A stretch of 64,000 nt of DNA from Candidatus Eiseniibacteriota bacterium (GCA_963823555.1 CAWGMA010000002.1:640001-704000); one strand, 5' to 3'. Shown: positions 11,124 to 21,239, numbered from the stretch's first letter. Notes: generated from the sequence alone by a model not told the origin. Translations and numbers: made by a program.

Positions 11124-11619
11124 GGAAACCTCCCGCCGGGGGCCCACGAGGGCGCGGCTGATGGATGCTCTGGCATGAAGTGAAGGCGCCCGAGACGGGT
11201 CTCCGGAGGTCAGGAGGCCGGGAAACACTCCTCCTCTCCTCCTGGACGGCCACGGTGAGAGGTTGACCTTCGAGCATTCCGGGTATCTGCATAGGGAAGA
11301 GTTGGGTGTACAGGGACACTCTTCACCGGCTCGCAACCCTCACGGCCGGTCCCGAAACGCCGGGAAAGCATAGTCAAATCGAGCAGGACTATCAATGGCA
11401 AAGCCAAGAACTGCATACCACGAAGACCCATCGAAGGAACGATCAGCTACTCTGAGTTCGTCAATGGCTTGTACCCGTTGTTGGACAATGCCCACGGGTT
11501 GTATCAAATGGATGTGATCTCGGCATACCTGGGCCGGCGGTTTGGTTCACGCATCTCGGCGCCGCCGGCCAGGTTGCTCACGAGAAGGTCGAGCCGTGGG
11601 TTCAGGCCGGCCGGGATCC

Positions 11620-11790
11620 GGTGCTGCCGTCATCCGTCGAGCGGAAGATCCCCGGCGCGGCGCCCACCGCGATCAGGTCTCCGCCGGCAAGGACCAGCAG
11701 GTCCTCGAGATCGGTGGTGAATGCCGGGAACTGGTCGATGAGCATCCAGCTCGCACCACCGTCGGTGGCGCGGATCGTGGCGCCGCGGCA
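11620..11790 (-). pseudogene. Fragment of a BNR/Asp-box (YCF48-like) repeat protein
   Basis: Reads CRGATIRATDGGASWML...IAVGAAPGIFRSTDDGST with no start or intact end. Confidence 0.55.
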
Positions 11791-11921
11791 TTCACCTCGG
11801 CAACAGGATCGACCACCGAGCGCGCCGCCGAGATTCGGTGGCCCAGTTCACCGTGCAGGTTCTCGGGTCAGATCTACAGCACGCACACCGGGCTGGCCTG
11901 CGATCCCGCCCGATCGCTCGC

Positions 11922-13637
11922 CTATCTCAGCCTGAGGAACTTGATCGCCCCCGGAGCCGATCCATCTCCGCCGAGCCTGGCGAAGTACACACCGGCCGGT
12001 ACCGCCGTGCCGGGCGTCCACACCCATCGTCCCCCGCTCCCCGTGAGCCGATCGACGAGGCGACCTTGCGCGTCGTAGATCTCGAGGATGCGCGGGCCGG
12101 CGCCGGCGAGCGCGAACTCAGCCGCCCAGCGCACGGGGTTCGGGCTCACCACGAGCTGGTCCATGGCGGGAGGTGCCTCGCCCGCGGCCACGTCGGTGGC
12201 ACAGCCGACGGCGAGGGCGCCGATCAACCCGCAGCCCGGTGGGGAGTGGGCGGGTGCACAGGGAGATGCCGGGGCGAGCGCGAAGTCCCCGACCTCCGGC
12301 TCGCAGAAGTCAGGGTCGAGTGAGAAATTCCCGTTCGCTCCGCCCTGGCCTGCGATGCAATCGTCCCAGTCTCCGCCTGCATTGGCGAAGATATCGGTGC
12401 AGGACACGACCGCGGAGCTTACAGCGGAGCAGCGGATGGCGGCGCCCTCCGTGCTCGAGCTGATGATCGAGTTGCTCACGGTCAAGTACGATGGGATCGA
12501 GTTGCCATCCCGACCGACCATGATCCCCGAGCTGTTTCCGGCCATCGTGCAGTGGTCGACCGTCGCCATGGTGTCGTAGAGCTGGAGCGCGCCACCGAAG
12601 GCGGATTCGTTGCCCGTGAACACGCATTCCTCGATCCTCTGCTCGCCGTTGGCGGCGCGACATCCGCCGCCCTCGTCGGCCGCCGAGTTGCCGGTGAAGA
12701 GGCACCGCCGCACGACCATGCTGGGGCCGGCTGAGAGCTCGAGTCCGCCGCCGAACCGAGCCGAGTTCGCGATGAACTCGCAGTCCTCCACGGAGACGGA
12801 GCCCTGGAGGATCCCCGCGCCGCCGTTGTGGGCGACGTTCTCTCGGAAGATGCAGCGGCGGATGGTGACGACCGTGAAGTAGCCCGTGAAGATCGCACCG
12901 GCGATCGTGTCCGAGGTGTTGCCGGTGAAGGTGCATTCCTCGATGAGCGGGTCGGCATGGTCCATGGCCAGGAGCGCTCCGGCAGCGGCCGAGTGGATCT
13001 GGTGCAGGTAGAACACCTGGTTGTTCTCGAAGTGACATCGCAGGAACATCGGTGTTGATGGTGCGTAGCAGGCAACGGCGCCCCCGGCGGCCTGCTGTCC
13101 CTGGACCACGTTGTCGAGGAAGGTGCAGTCCTCGAATCGAGCCGAGGAGCTGATGCAGGCGACGGCGCCGCCGCCGCCGTTGGTCCGGTTCTCGGCGCGG
13201 TTGGAACGGAACACGCAGTCGCGAAAGGTGGGCGCGGAGACGACGAGCAGGGCGCCGCCGCCGGCCCCGTTCAGGCTCAGCGTCCGCGAGTCGCCCCCCT
13301 GGATCGTGAAGCCGGCGATCGTGGTCGCCGCTCCGACCATGAGCAGATTGAACACGCGCCCCGGGAGTCCGCCCTGGCCGAGGGCGGCGTCGATCGTGGT
13401 CGCGCCCGCGCCCTGCTCGGAGACGATGATGCGGTTCTGGCCGTCGAAGTGGAGATCGCGGTTTCCGGGGCCCCAGTAGGTGCCGGGAGCGACGAGGACC
13501 GTGTCGAGCTCCGAGGCGGCGTCGATCCCGGCCTGGATGGTGGGCTGGTCGGCGGGGACGCGTATCGTTGCCGCGGGTGATGTGGTGGCAAAGGCCAGGA
13601 GGAGACCAAGGGCCAGACCGAACCTGCGCAGAAGCAC
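11922..13637 (-). CDS. Secreted right-handed beta-helix (pectin-lyase-like) protein with short FlgD/T9SS-like C-terminal domain
   Basis: GTG start after AAGGAGG; signal peptide; IRVPADQPTIQAGID...VAPGTY; GGA(I/V)/FxxN repeats; PNP...IYDAQGRLV...GVYFARL tail. Confidence 0.85.
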   Translation of the reverse strand: MLLRRFGLALGLLLAFATTSPAATIRVPADQPTIQAGIDAASELDTVLVAPGTYWGPGNRDLHFDGQNRIIVSEQGAGATTIDAALGQGGLPGRVFNLLMVGAATTIAGFTIQGGDSRTLSLNGAGGGALLVVSAPTFRDCVFRSNRAENRTNGGGGAVACISSSARFEDCTFLDNVVQGQQAAGGAVACYAPSTPMFLRCHFENNQVFYLHQIHSAAAGALLAMDHADPLIEECTFTGNTSDTIAGAIFTGYFTVVTIRRCIFRENVAHNGGAGILQGSVSVEDCEFIANSARFGGGLELSAGPSMVVRRCLFTGNSAADEGGGCRAANGEQRIEECVFTGNESAFGGALQLYDTMATVDHCTMAGNSSGIMVGRDGNSIPSYLTVSNSIISSSTEGAAIRCSAVSSAVVSCTDIFANAGGDWDDCIAGQGGANGNFSLDPDFCEPEVGDFALAPASPCAPAHSPPGCGLIGALAVGCATDVAAGEAPPAMDQLVVSPNPVRWAAEFALAGAGPRILEIYDAQGRLVDRLTGSGGRWVWTPGTAVPAGVYFARLGGDGSAPGAIKFLRLR

Positions 13638-13793
13638 GGGAGGACCCTCCTTGAGCGGCGGCGGGAGTAGAGACGCCTCCATTGTATCACTCGCCTGAGA
13701 TGGCCCCATGCTCATGTGCACGCTGGCGAGCCCGCCGTGCCGCCGCGCCGCGGCCGGGAGGGGAAGCCGATCATGGTCGCTGGCGGCGGCGAA

Positions 13794-13858
13794 CAGCGGA
13801 AACAAGGCTCCTTGGATGTTTCAGCGGAAACACGTTTCCGGGTGTTCCAGCGGAAACA
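13794..13858. promoter_or_regulatory. Three CAGCGGAAACA repeats forming overlapping palindromes (candidate operator array)
   Basis: Copies at 13794, 13822 and 13848; TGTTTC-AGCG-GAAACA and GGAAAC-AC-GTTTCC dyads upstream of the beta-helix gene. Confidence 0.45.
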
Positions 13859-14015
13859 GGAGGGCAATCCCGGTGGTTGGTCGCGGCCCCGCCGCAGGTG
13901 GTCGGGCCACCCGCTCGTATCGCCAGGGTACCCGCAAGTGCAGGGGTGCGGGTTGCAGATGCGGAATCGTGGTCCGGGTCTACCGGTGCGTGGGTCCGCG
14001 GCGCCAGGCGGCCTC

Positions 14016-14138
14016 GGACATCATCCTCCGCCTCCCGTGAATTCACTCGCGAGATCGACGACTTTCGCAGGATGACATCCGTCGGTGCCTCAGGTTCCGC
14101 CACCAGGACGGGGCGCCGAGATTCGCTGGATCAGTTCA
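14016..14138 (+). mobile_element. Diverged right end of the 381-bp MITE family
   Basis: ggacatcatcctccgcctcccg...ggggcgccgagattcgctggatcagttca matches the right end of 28852-29232. Confidence 0.7.
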
Positions 14139-14246
14139 CCATCGGTGCGGGGGACGAAGAGCCCATCGGGGAGGAGGCAGTGAACGTGGGGGTGGAGGTT
14201 GAGGGCGCCGCCGAAGCGCTGGACGAAGGTGACCGCTCCCGACTGC
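14136..14246 (-). mobile_element. Fragment of ISCR/IS91-type transposase (HUH region)
   Basis: Near-identical to 62509-62619; QSGAVTFVQRFGGALNLHPHVHCLLPDG. Confidence 0.85.
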
Positions 14247-14310
14247 GTTGGCAGCGCGATTGTATTTTCGGACACTACTCCCTACAGAGCTTTCGGGACG
14301 GACAAGTTAC

Positions 14311-16218
14311 TCATGACGATCCTTCGGCTCCGCCGCCGAATTCGCGACGCAGCGACTCCGCATCCCAGGCGGCATCGCGCACGCTGGCGGCTTCCTCGAA
14401 TTGCTCGCTGGCGAGCAAACGCTCTAGCTCGGCGATCATCTCGCGGGCGCGACTGAAGTAGGCGCCCTGGTCGTGGCGCATGGCGGCGAGTTCGCGCAGA
14501 TGCTCCTCGTCGCGGCGTCGGAACAGATCGGCGGCGCGGCGCGCCTGGAGGCCGCGGAGACCGAGAGCACGGAGCGCGTCCACCCCGAGCTGTAGCGAGC
14601 TGTCGAGGGTTTGACGGTATACCTTCTCGACGCCGGCCTCCAGCAGTTCATAGGCATGCACGCGGCCGGTGGCGCGCGCCAGGATCTGTAGGTGCGGGTG
14701 GTGCTGGCGGACAACGCGCACCAAGCGCGAGACCGCCTCGGGATCCTCCAGCGCGATCACGAGCAGCCGGGCCTCGGCCGCGCCCGCCACGCGCAGTAGA
14801 TCGGTGCGCGTGGCATCGCCGTAGTAGACCTTCAGGCCCAGCTTGCGCAGGATCTCCACGCGGTCGCTGTCGTTGTCGAGAACAGTACAGCCCACGCCGT
14901 TGGCCCACAGCAGACGTCCCACCACGTTTCCAAAGTCACCGAAGCCGGCGATGAGCACTGGATTGTGCTGTGGCGCGACGTCGCTCTCGCGATCGTCCAC
15001 CTCGTGGGTGCCGACGTGCGGTTGCAGCACGCGCTCCTGGAAGAGCAGCAGCAGCGGCGTCAGGGCCATGCTCAGCGCCACGACGGCTATCAGGGGCGAG
15101 GCAACGTCTGCCGGCACTACATTGCTCTGGACCGCAAAGGAGAAGAGCACGAAGGCGAACTCGCCACCCTGGGCCAGCGCGAAGGCGAAGAGCAGGTTCT
15201 GGTCGAGGCTCATGCGGAAGAGGTGGCCGAGGACAAACAGCACCACGAACTTCACCAGCAGCAGCGCCCCGACCAGTGCGGCGATCTCTCCCGGCCGCTC
15301 GGCGATGAGGGCGAAGTCGATGGACGCGCCGACAGCGATGAAGAACACGCCGAGGAGCAACCCCTTGAACGGTTCGATGTCGCTCTCGAGCTCGTGGCGA
15401 TACTCGCTGTTGGCGAGCACGACCCCGGCGAGGAAAGTGCCCAGAGCCGGGCTCAGCCCGACCTCGCGCATCAGCAAGGCGATGCCCACGACCAGCAGCA
15501 AGGACGCAGCGGTGAACACCTCGTGGAGGCGAGCCCGCGCGATGAAGCGCAGCGCGGGTCGCACCAGGAAGCGACCGGCGATCACGATCAGGGCGACGGC
15601 GGCGAGCACTGCCAGGGTCTGTCCCCAGGCCGGGAACCCCGCCACCCAGGTGATGGCTTGCGCATGGTGGTCATCGGTGTGATCGCCCGCCGAGGGCAGC
15701 GTTGCCAGCAACGGGAGCAGCGCCAGCAGCGGGATGACGGCAACGTCCTGACAGAGCAGTACCGCAAAGGCGCCCTGCCCACCGTCGGTCTGCAGCTGTC
15801 GCTTCTCGGCGAGGGTCTGCAGCACGATGGCCGTGGAAGACAGCGCCAGGCAGAAGCCGACTGCCACGGCGACCTGCCAGACGAGTCCCGCCGCCAAGCC
15901 GATGCCGGCGACGGCGGCAGCGGTGACCAGGATCTGCAGTCCGCCAAGCCCGAGAATCGGCGTCCGCAGCCGCCAGAGTAGCTGCGGTTGCAACTCGAGG
16001 CCGATGACAAAGAGCATGAGCACGACGCCGAACTCGGCGAAGTGCATGACGTCCTGTCCCTCCGCGCCCACCAGGCCAAGCGCGAACGGACCGATAGCAA
16101 TGCCGCCTAGCAGGTAGCCGAGCACCGAACCGAGACCGAGTCGCTTCGCCAAGGGCACGGCGATCACGGCCGTGGCCAGGTACACGAACGCGGAGACGAA
16201 GAGATCCTGCGCCGCCAT
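14311..16218 (-). CDS. kefC: Glutathione-regulated K+ efflux CPA2 antiporter KefC/KefB-like
   Basis: LGLGSVLGYL, FAEFGVV, HELESDIEPFKGLLLG, QGGEFAFV, TrkA-N domain IAGFGDFG...YYGDATR. Confidence 0.92.
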   Translation of the reverse strand: MAAQDLFVSAFVYLATAVIAVPLAKRLGLGSVLGYLLGGIAIGPFALGLVGAEGQDVMHFAEFGVVLMLFVIGLELQPQLLWRLRTPILGLGGLQILVTAAAVAGIGLAAGLVWQVAVAVGFCLALSSTAIVLQTLAEKRQLQTDGGQGAFAVLLCQDVAVIPLLALLPLLATLPSAGDHTDDHHAQAITWVAGFPAWGQTLAVLAAVALIVIAGRFLVRPALRFIARARLHEVFTAASLLLVVGIALLMREVGLSPALGTFLAGVVLANSEYRHELESDIEPFKGLLLGVFFIAVGASIDFALIAERPGEIAALVGALLLVKFVVLFVLGHLFRMSLDQNLLFAFALAQGGEFAFVLFSFAVQSNVVPADVASPLIAVVALSMALTPLLLLFQERVLQPHVGTHEVDDRESDVAPQHNPVLIAGFGDFGNVVGRLLWANGVGCTVLDNDSDRVEILRKLGLKVYYGDATRTDLLRVAGAAEARLLVIALEDPEAVSRLVRVVRQHHPHLQILARATGRVHAYELLEAGVEKVYRQTLDSSLQLGVDALRALGLRGLQARRAADLFRRRDEEHLRELAAMRHDQGAYFSRAREMIAELERLLASEQFEEAASVRDAAWDAESLRREFGGGAEGSS

Positions 16219-16220
16219 CG

Positions 16221-16844
16221 TCAGGCCTTCTCGCGCGGGCGCAGGGCACGCTTTAGATCCACGTTGAGGCGTGGCGATGCGGAGACAGCCGCGATGTCCA
16301 CGCGGTCCTCCTGCAGAGCCTCCAGCACCTCCCGGTAGTCGCGGACGTGTCGGGCAATGGCCTCGTCGTCCATCGCGTGGGTGCCGTGCACAACGAACGG
16401 CGGCAGGAATTCCATCCCGCAGAGGCGCGCAGTCTGCTCCAGCGGCGCAAGCAACTGGCGAACGGTGAGGCGATTGGATCCTTGGGCACAGTAGGCCTCC
16501 TCGCGGCCGCCAGTGGTCACCACCTGGAGCCAGCGCTTGCCGCGCAGCGCGGTGCCCTGCGCGCCATAGGCCCAGCCGTGCTCAAGCACGAGGTCCTGCC
16601 ACTCCTTCACGATCGACGGCGTGCTGTACCAGTAGAATGGGTGCTGGCAAACGAAGACATCGTGGGCTAGCAACAGCTCCTGCTCGCGCCGCACGTCGAT
16701 GTCAAGGCGCGGATACATCTCGTAGAGATCGTGGAGGTGAACGTCGGGCAACTCCCGAGGCGCGGCAAGCAGGCGGCTGTTCACGCGCGATCGCTGCAGG
16801 GCGGGGTGCGCGAAGAGCACGAGCACGCGACGCCGCGCCATCAC
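16221..16844 (-). CDS. kefF: KefF/KefG-like NAD(P)H oxidoreductase (flavodoxin-2 fold)
   Basis: FAHP..SRVN, DLYEMYP, QHPFYWYSTP..KEWQD.VL..GWAYG; directly upstream of kefC. Confidence 0.9.
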   Translation of the reverse strand: MMARRRVLVLFAHPALQRSRVNSRLLAAPRELPDVHLHDLYEMYPRLDIDVRREQELLLAHDVFVCQHPFYWYSTPSIVKEWQDLVLEHGWAYGAQGTALRGKRWLQVVTTGGREEAYCAQGSNRLTVRQLLAPLEQTARLCGMEFLPPFVVHGTHAMDDEAIARHVRDYREVLEALQEDRVDIAAVSASPRLNVDLKRALRPREKA

Positions 16845-16924
16845 GAGTCCCCCGATTGGATGCGCGTCAGCGTAGTGCCCTCATGGGGGAATGTACGCAG
16901 CATATCGTGCAGGGTGGTCTCCAC

Positions 16925-17012
16925 TGTTTCGTGTTGTCTCCTGTCAACCTCAATGGGACCAAGTCGAGGTCTTGGATCAAGGGCCACTCTCATAGTGTAC
17001 TATATGCTGAAC
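16925..17012. repeat. ~80-bp motif shared with 21101-21176 (probable IS terminal remnant)
   Basis: tgtttcgtgt...tgtca(a/g)cctcaatgggaccaagtc...cact...tata(t/g)gctgaac present at both sites. Confidence 0.6.
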
Positions 17013-17114
17013 TCGCGCGGTCGGGTCGTATCGAGCATCCGACGAGGCGAGCCGATGCGCGACAGCTGCCCATCAGGCAGCGCGATCGGCTCCTGCGCAT
17101 AGCGAGTTCGTGTT

Positions 17115-17324
17115 TTGGGGATGGAGCAGATCATTACCGCGCCGCGTAGTCCCTGGCAGAACCCGTACGTCGAGCGGCTGATCGGCACCCTCCGCCGCGA
17201 GTGCCTCGACCACGTCATCGTGATGAACAAACGGCACCTGATAGGCATTCTCCGGAGCTACTTCCGCTACTACCACGGCTGGCGCACGCACCTGGCTCTC
17301 GACATGGACGCTCCGGAGGGGTGA
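17115..17324 (+). mobile_element. Integrase-core (rve, IS3/IS481-like) transposase fragment
   Basis: TAPRSPWQNPYVERLIGTLRRECLDH...YY...RTHLALD.DAP. Confidence 0.85.
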
Positions 17325-17387
17325 AGTGGACCATCCACTTCAGCGGACCGCCCGGACCCGTGGTTCCCCCTATGAGCGCCAACAACA

Positions 17388-17508
17388 CCGGGGACAGCGC
17401 AGGGCGTCGAGGTGGAACACCCGGCAGAGCAGCTGGGCCCAGGGCAGTGCGCGGCGGCGGCGTGGCAAGGTGGTGGGTGCGGGCGCCGCAAGCGGCGCGG
17501 TCGGAGTG
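17388..17508 (-). mobile_element. Fragment of ISCR/IS91-type transposase C-terminal region
   Basis: RRRALPWAQLLCRVFHLDALRCPRC, matching ~61748-61869. Confidence 0.8.
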
Positions 17509-17890
17509 GACTGTCTCCTTCTCGGCCCGGATGTCCCAGTTGATGAGATGCGTCTCCTCGGCAAAGAGGTATCCGCAGAGGTAGCGGATCATGGCCGCCG
17601 AACCACCACCATTGTTGCGAAGATCGAGAATGACCGCGCGGCTGTTGCCAAGAAAGTTCACGGCTGCCGTGGCGGCCGCGAATGCGTCATCGCCATGGGC
17701 GAACCGGTCGAAGCGGAGATAGTCGATCCCTCAGGGAAGGATCTCGGCTTTCACAAGACCGTAGTTGCCAGCACGCAGGATCTTCTCGCGCGCTCGACCT
17801 CGGCCGGATCCGCCTTCTGCTCGGCCGCCTGCAGCTCGCCCGGACGTGCGAACTGCGCGGGGGCGGGTCGGACCTGCATGAGAATGGCGA
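17508..17890 (-). pseudogene. S41 (IRBP-like) peptidase fragment with nonsense codon
   Basis: NYGLVKAEILP*GIDYLRFDRF...ILDLRNNGGGS; truncated by the transposase fragment. Confidence 0.75.
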
Positions 17891-18158
17891 GGATCGTCAA
17901 GCCGGCACACGGGCCAGCCACGGGCGGGATGCCGTGGATAGGAAGCGCATGGAACCTCCTCGTGGTTCAGGATCTCGCGGCCGGGCCCGGGTCCTTCTTC
18001 CAGGTACACTCCCCGCGCTGCGCGCGTTGCAGGACTCCCCGCCACAAATCGCTTCTGCCCAGCCAGCCTCATTGCCAGGAGAGCGCCAGGGGCTCAAGAC
18101 GGAAGGGGCGGCCCCTCAACCGGAAGCCGCCCCTCCAGGAACCAGCAGTTCAGACGGA

Positions 18159-18971
18159 CTACTGACTCATCAGATTCTTGATCGATCCCCAGGTCGCCGC
18201 TTCGACCGGGGTGGCTCCCCGCGGGAGTTCGATCACCGTCCCGTCCACCAGAGCCGCAAACAGGCCGAACCCGTACGGGGCGCCCGGCGTCAGATAGCCC
18301 GAGGCGAAGACCACCGCGGCGCCACCGCCGAGACCCGATAGATCCGCCAGGAACGCGGCCACTACGTTACCGGGCATGCCCGCGGGGGTGACCAAGAGCG
18401 TATACATGCTGGGCGGCACCGAGATGTAGTCCATCGAGAATTGCTTGAAGGCCAGATTCTCGAACAGTGGACCGACACCCTCGGCCAGCACATCGACAGA
18501 GGGCGCATCTGGCGCACCGTGGAAAGCGAGGATATCCACGTTGCCGCCCGTGCCCATGGTGCGCAGCATCGGGAAGATCTCGAGATTGAACTCGGTCGAA
18601 ATTCCCTCGGGGTTCATGGGCAGACTGGGATCGAGAACGCCCGAAGCCATGACTACGTACTTCTCGCCAGCCGCGAGTATCACGGGGAAGGTGGCGAGGA
18701 TATCTCCAGGTCCCGTGCTGTTTCCAGGAGCCACGCCGATGTTCAGCATCACGTCGGCCTCCAGAGTCACGAGGCCAGTGGCGGTCCGGAAAGCGAAGTT
18801 GTCGATGGCGAGGCCGTCATTGATATAGATGTCCACTTCAGCCGCCAGGGGATCGGGCGAATTGTGAATGACCTGGACATCCGCCGTCTGCGCAGAGGCC
18901 ATGCTCACCACCAGGAGCATTCCCAACGCGGACAGGGCCAGAGCACGATGGGTATTCATAAGAGCAGTCAT
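18159..18971 (-). CDS. Secreted DUF4397-like protein with C-terminal ATWGSIK tag
   Basis: Signal peptide; VQVIHNSPD..VDIY and FHGAPDAPSVDV repeats; ends ATPVEAATWGSIKNLMSQ. Confidence 0.8.
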   Translation of the reverse strand: MTALMNTHRALALSALGMLLVVSMASAQTADVQVIHNSPDPLAAEVDIYINDGLAIDNFAFRTATGLVTLEADVMLNIGVAPGNSTGPGDILATFPVILAAGEKYVVMASGVLDPSLPMNPEGISTEFNLEIFPMLRTMGTGGNVDILAFHGAPDAPSVDVLAEGVGPLFENLAFKQFSMDYISVPPSMYTLLVTPAGMPGNVVAAFLADLSGLGGGAAVVFASGYLTPGAPYGFGLFAALVDGTVIELPRGATPVEAATWGSIKNLMSQ

Positions 18972-19441
18972 AGGATTCGCCTCCTCTCAATCATCGGTGT
19001 TGGGCCTGGACGAAGAACGCGACCCGAGCGGCGCGCTCTCAAACCTAGGATGGGAGGCAGGCGCGGGAGTTTCAGTTTGTCGATGTTAATTCTTAGTCAA
19101 GAGCCCATCCAGACATCTATGACTACGCGGCGCCGGTGCCGCCGAGCTGGGACTTCTGGGACGAGGAGGTCGTGGCCGAGCAGGGCCTCGGCATCTTGCC
19201 GACCCTCGGGGTGAGCGCCGAGTTCTATTCTAGCTCTGTCGAAGAGGGGAGCTTCTCACCGGCACCTGATCATTACTTGCCCCGAGCCGCTGGCCGAGCC
19301 ATTCTTATGGGTGAGGATCCTGGCTCAACGGCAGCCGGGAAGCGCCTCGGTTCCCAGCCGGGGCAAGCCGCGGTGCATGCAATCAGCCCTGCCCGGACCA
19401 TGCGAGTCCCGGAGCGGGTCGGGCAGCGGTCGGAGGTCGGG

Positions 19442-21022
19442 ATGCGCACCTCATGCCGCCGTCTTCTCGCCTGGAAGGTACGTTCCCCATCTCTTCCTCT
19501 ACTGCTCGCCGTCGTCGCCGCGGCGTCCATTCCTGTCATGGGTCTCGTGAACCTCTGCATGCCACCGCTGGCAAGTGCAGCCGTCATTCATGTTCCAATC
19601 GACTATCCGACGATATCCGATGCCCTGGGTTCCCTCCAGTTTGCATGGGGGGATACCATCCTGGTGGCTCCTGGCACGTACTACGAGTCGTTGGAAATCC
19701 CCTTTGGTGTCACGCTGCTTGGAAGTGGCGGTCCCCAGGTGACTGTGCTGCACCACGACACGAGAGCTATAACGTGCGAGCAACCCCTGCTAGGCGTTCC
19801 GTTCATCCTTGTTGGATTCACGATACGTGACGCAACTGATACTGCCCTGTCTTGCGGGTTGCATGACCAAGGTGATATCGAGATCAGAGATTGCCGGTTT
19901 GTTGGTAACACGGGGCTTGAGGGTGGTGCGATGACGATCGCCTTTATGGGGTCATCTACTGGTTCAATCCACGTCAGCGACTGCATCTTCGAGGACAATA
20001 CGGCACTCGATTGGGGTGCAGGAATTGCGATTGGAGGTGACGGCATCACCGGCATCATCGAAAACAACCGGTTCACCAGAAACGCAGCCCTCAAGGGAGC
20101 TGCGATCGGCACCAGGGCGATCAATCGTGAGGAATCGCCACCTCCACTGGTCATCAGAGACAACGCATTCATCGAGAATCAGGCAACTGCAGAGGGCGGA
20201 GCGGTAGTGATCATTGGTGGCCGACTGCTGGAGATTTCTGGGAACCTGTTCTCCGACAATTCGGCCGGCACGCATGGTGGTGCAATGGCCCTATTGGGCG
20301 GTGATGCCAGCATTACCGTTCGCGATAACATCGTCCTGCGCAGCGTGGCTGGCCAGATTGGCGGAGGTCTTGCCCTGCTGAATTCCGGAAGCAGTGCCGA
20401 GCAGAACACAATCGATGGCTGCTCAGGCCTTCGCGGGGGCGGCATAGCAGTCTACCAGCCAATGGGTGTCGCTCTGTTCAACAACCTTGTGACCAACTCA
20501 GGGATCGGAAGTGGGATTAGATATGAAGGACCAGGAGGCGGATTCGCCACCGGTTGTAATGACTCTTGGGGTAACGCCGGAGAGGACTTCGAGGGCTTCC
20601 TGCCTTCGAGCGACGACCTTTCTTTGGATCCGCAGTACTGTGCTCCAGAAGTGGAGGACTATGCCCTCAGGGCGACATCGCCATGCGCTCCGCCGCAAGC
20701 CCCTCCTGGATGCGGCCTGATCGGCGCACTGCCCGTGGGGTGTGGAATCACTAGTGTTCCGGAGGCAGGGGCGCCGACGACTCAGTTCTTGACGGTGGCG
20801 CCGAATCCCGCTTGGGGTCGACTCCAGTTCTATCCGGTGTCGCCGATGTCGATGGTGCTCAACATCATCGATTCGCAAGGGCGCATCGTACATCGGATCA
20901 AGCCGATCAACGGGCATTGGGAGTGGTTGCCTGGGCAATCTGTTCCGACTGGGGTCTACTTCGCGCTTCCGGAAGGGGGCGGTCAACAACCAGCACCTGT
21001 CAAGTTCGTCTATCTTCGTTGA
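19442..21022 (+). CDS. Secreted right-handed beta-helix protein with short FlgD/T9SS-like tail (paralog of 11922-13637)
   Basis: ATG after GGAGG; VIHVPIDYPTISDA...VAPGTY; GGA/FxxN repeats; SLDPQYC...SPCAP..PPGCGLIGALPVGC; PNP...DSQGRIV...GVYFA. Confidence 0.85.
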   Translation: MRTSCRRLLAWKVRSPSLPLLLAVVAAASIPVMGLVNLCMPPLASAAVIHVPIDYPTISDALGSLQFAWGDTILVAPGTYYESLEIPFGVTLLGSGGPQVTVLHHDTRAITCEQPLLGVPFILVGFTIRDATDTALSCGLHDQGDIEIRDCRFVGNTGLEGGAMTIAFMGSSTGSIHVSDCIFEDNTALDWGAGIAIGGDGITGIIENNRFTRNAALKGAAIGTRAINREESPPPLVIRDNAFIENQATAEGGAVVIIGGRLLEISGNLFSDNSAGTHGGAMALLGGDASITVRDNIVLRSVAGQIGGGLALLNSGSSAEQNTIDGCSGLRGGGIAVYQPMGVALFNNLVTNSGIGSGIRYEGPGGGFATGCNDSWGNAGEDFEGFLPSSDDLSLDPQYCAPEVEDYALRATSPCAPPQAPPGCGLIGALPVGCGITSVPEAGAPTTQFLTVAPNPAWGRLQFYPVSPMSMVLNIIDSQGRIVHRIKPINGHWEWLPGQSVPTGVYFALPEGGGQQPAPVKFVYLR

Positions 21023-21100
21023 ACAGGCCGGCTCGGAGCACAACACTACGGAGGTGTACGATGAGGAGAGCATTCCAAAGAGCCGGGTCAACTTCAGGCG
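20950..21100 (+). repeat. ~150-bp direct repeat (gene 3' end plus downstream), copy 1
   Basis: Near-identical to 32396-32546. Confidence 0.9.
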
Positions 21101-21176
21101 TGTTTCGTGTCAGCCTCAATGGGACCAAGTCAAGGCCTGAATTAAGAGACACTTCTACACTATTATAGGCTGAACC
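21101..21176. repeat. Second copy of the ~80-bp IS-end-like motif
   Basis: See 16925-17012. Confidence 0.6.
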
Positions 21177-21239
21177 CAGGGGGTGAGCCATGGCCTATGA
21201 ACCCGGTCCCGAAGCCGTCGCTCGCGACGTGTACGTGGT

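Noticed and set aside
17731..17733. In-frame TGA in the S41 fragment as selenocysteine
   Set aside because: It aligns to Gly of the usual EILPGNIGY pattern (GGA>TGA), is not a Cys position, and lies in a truncated gene
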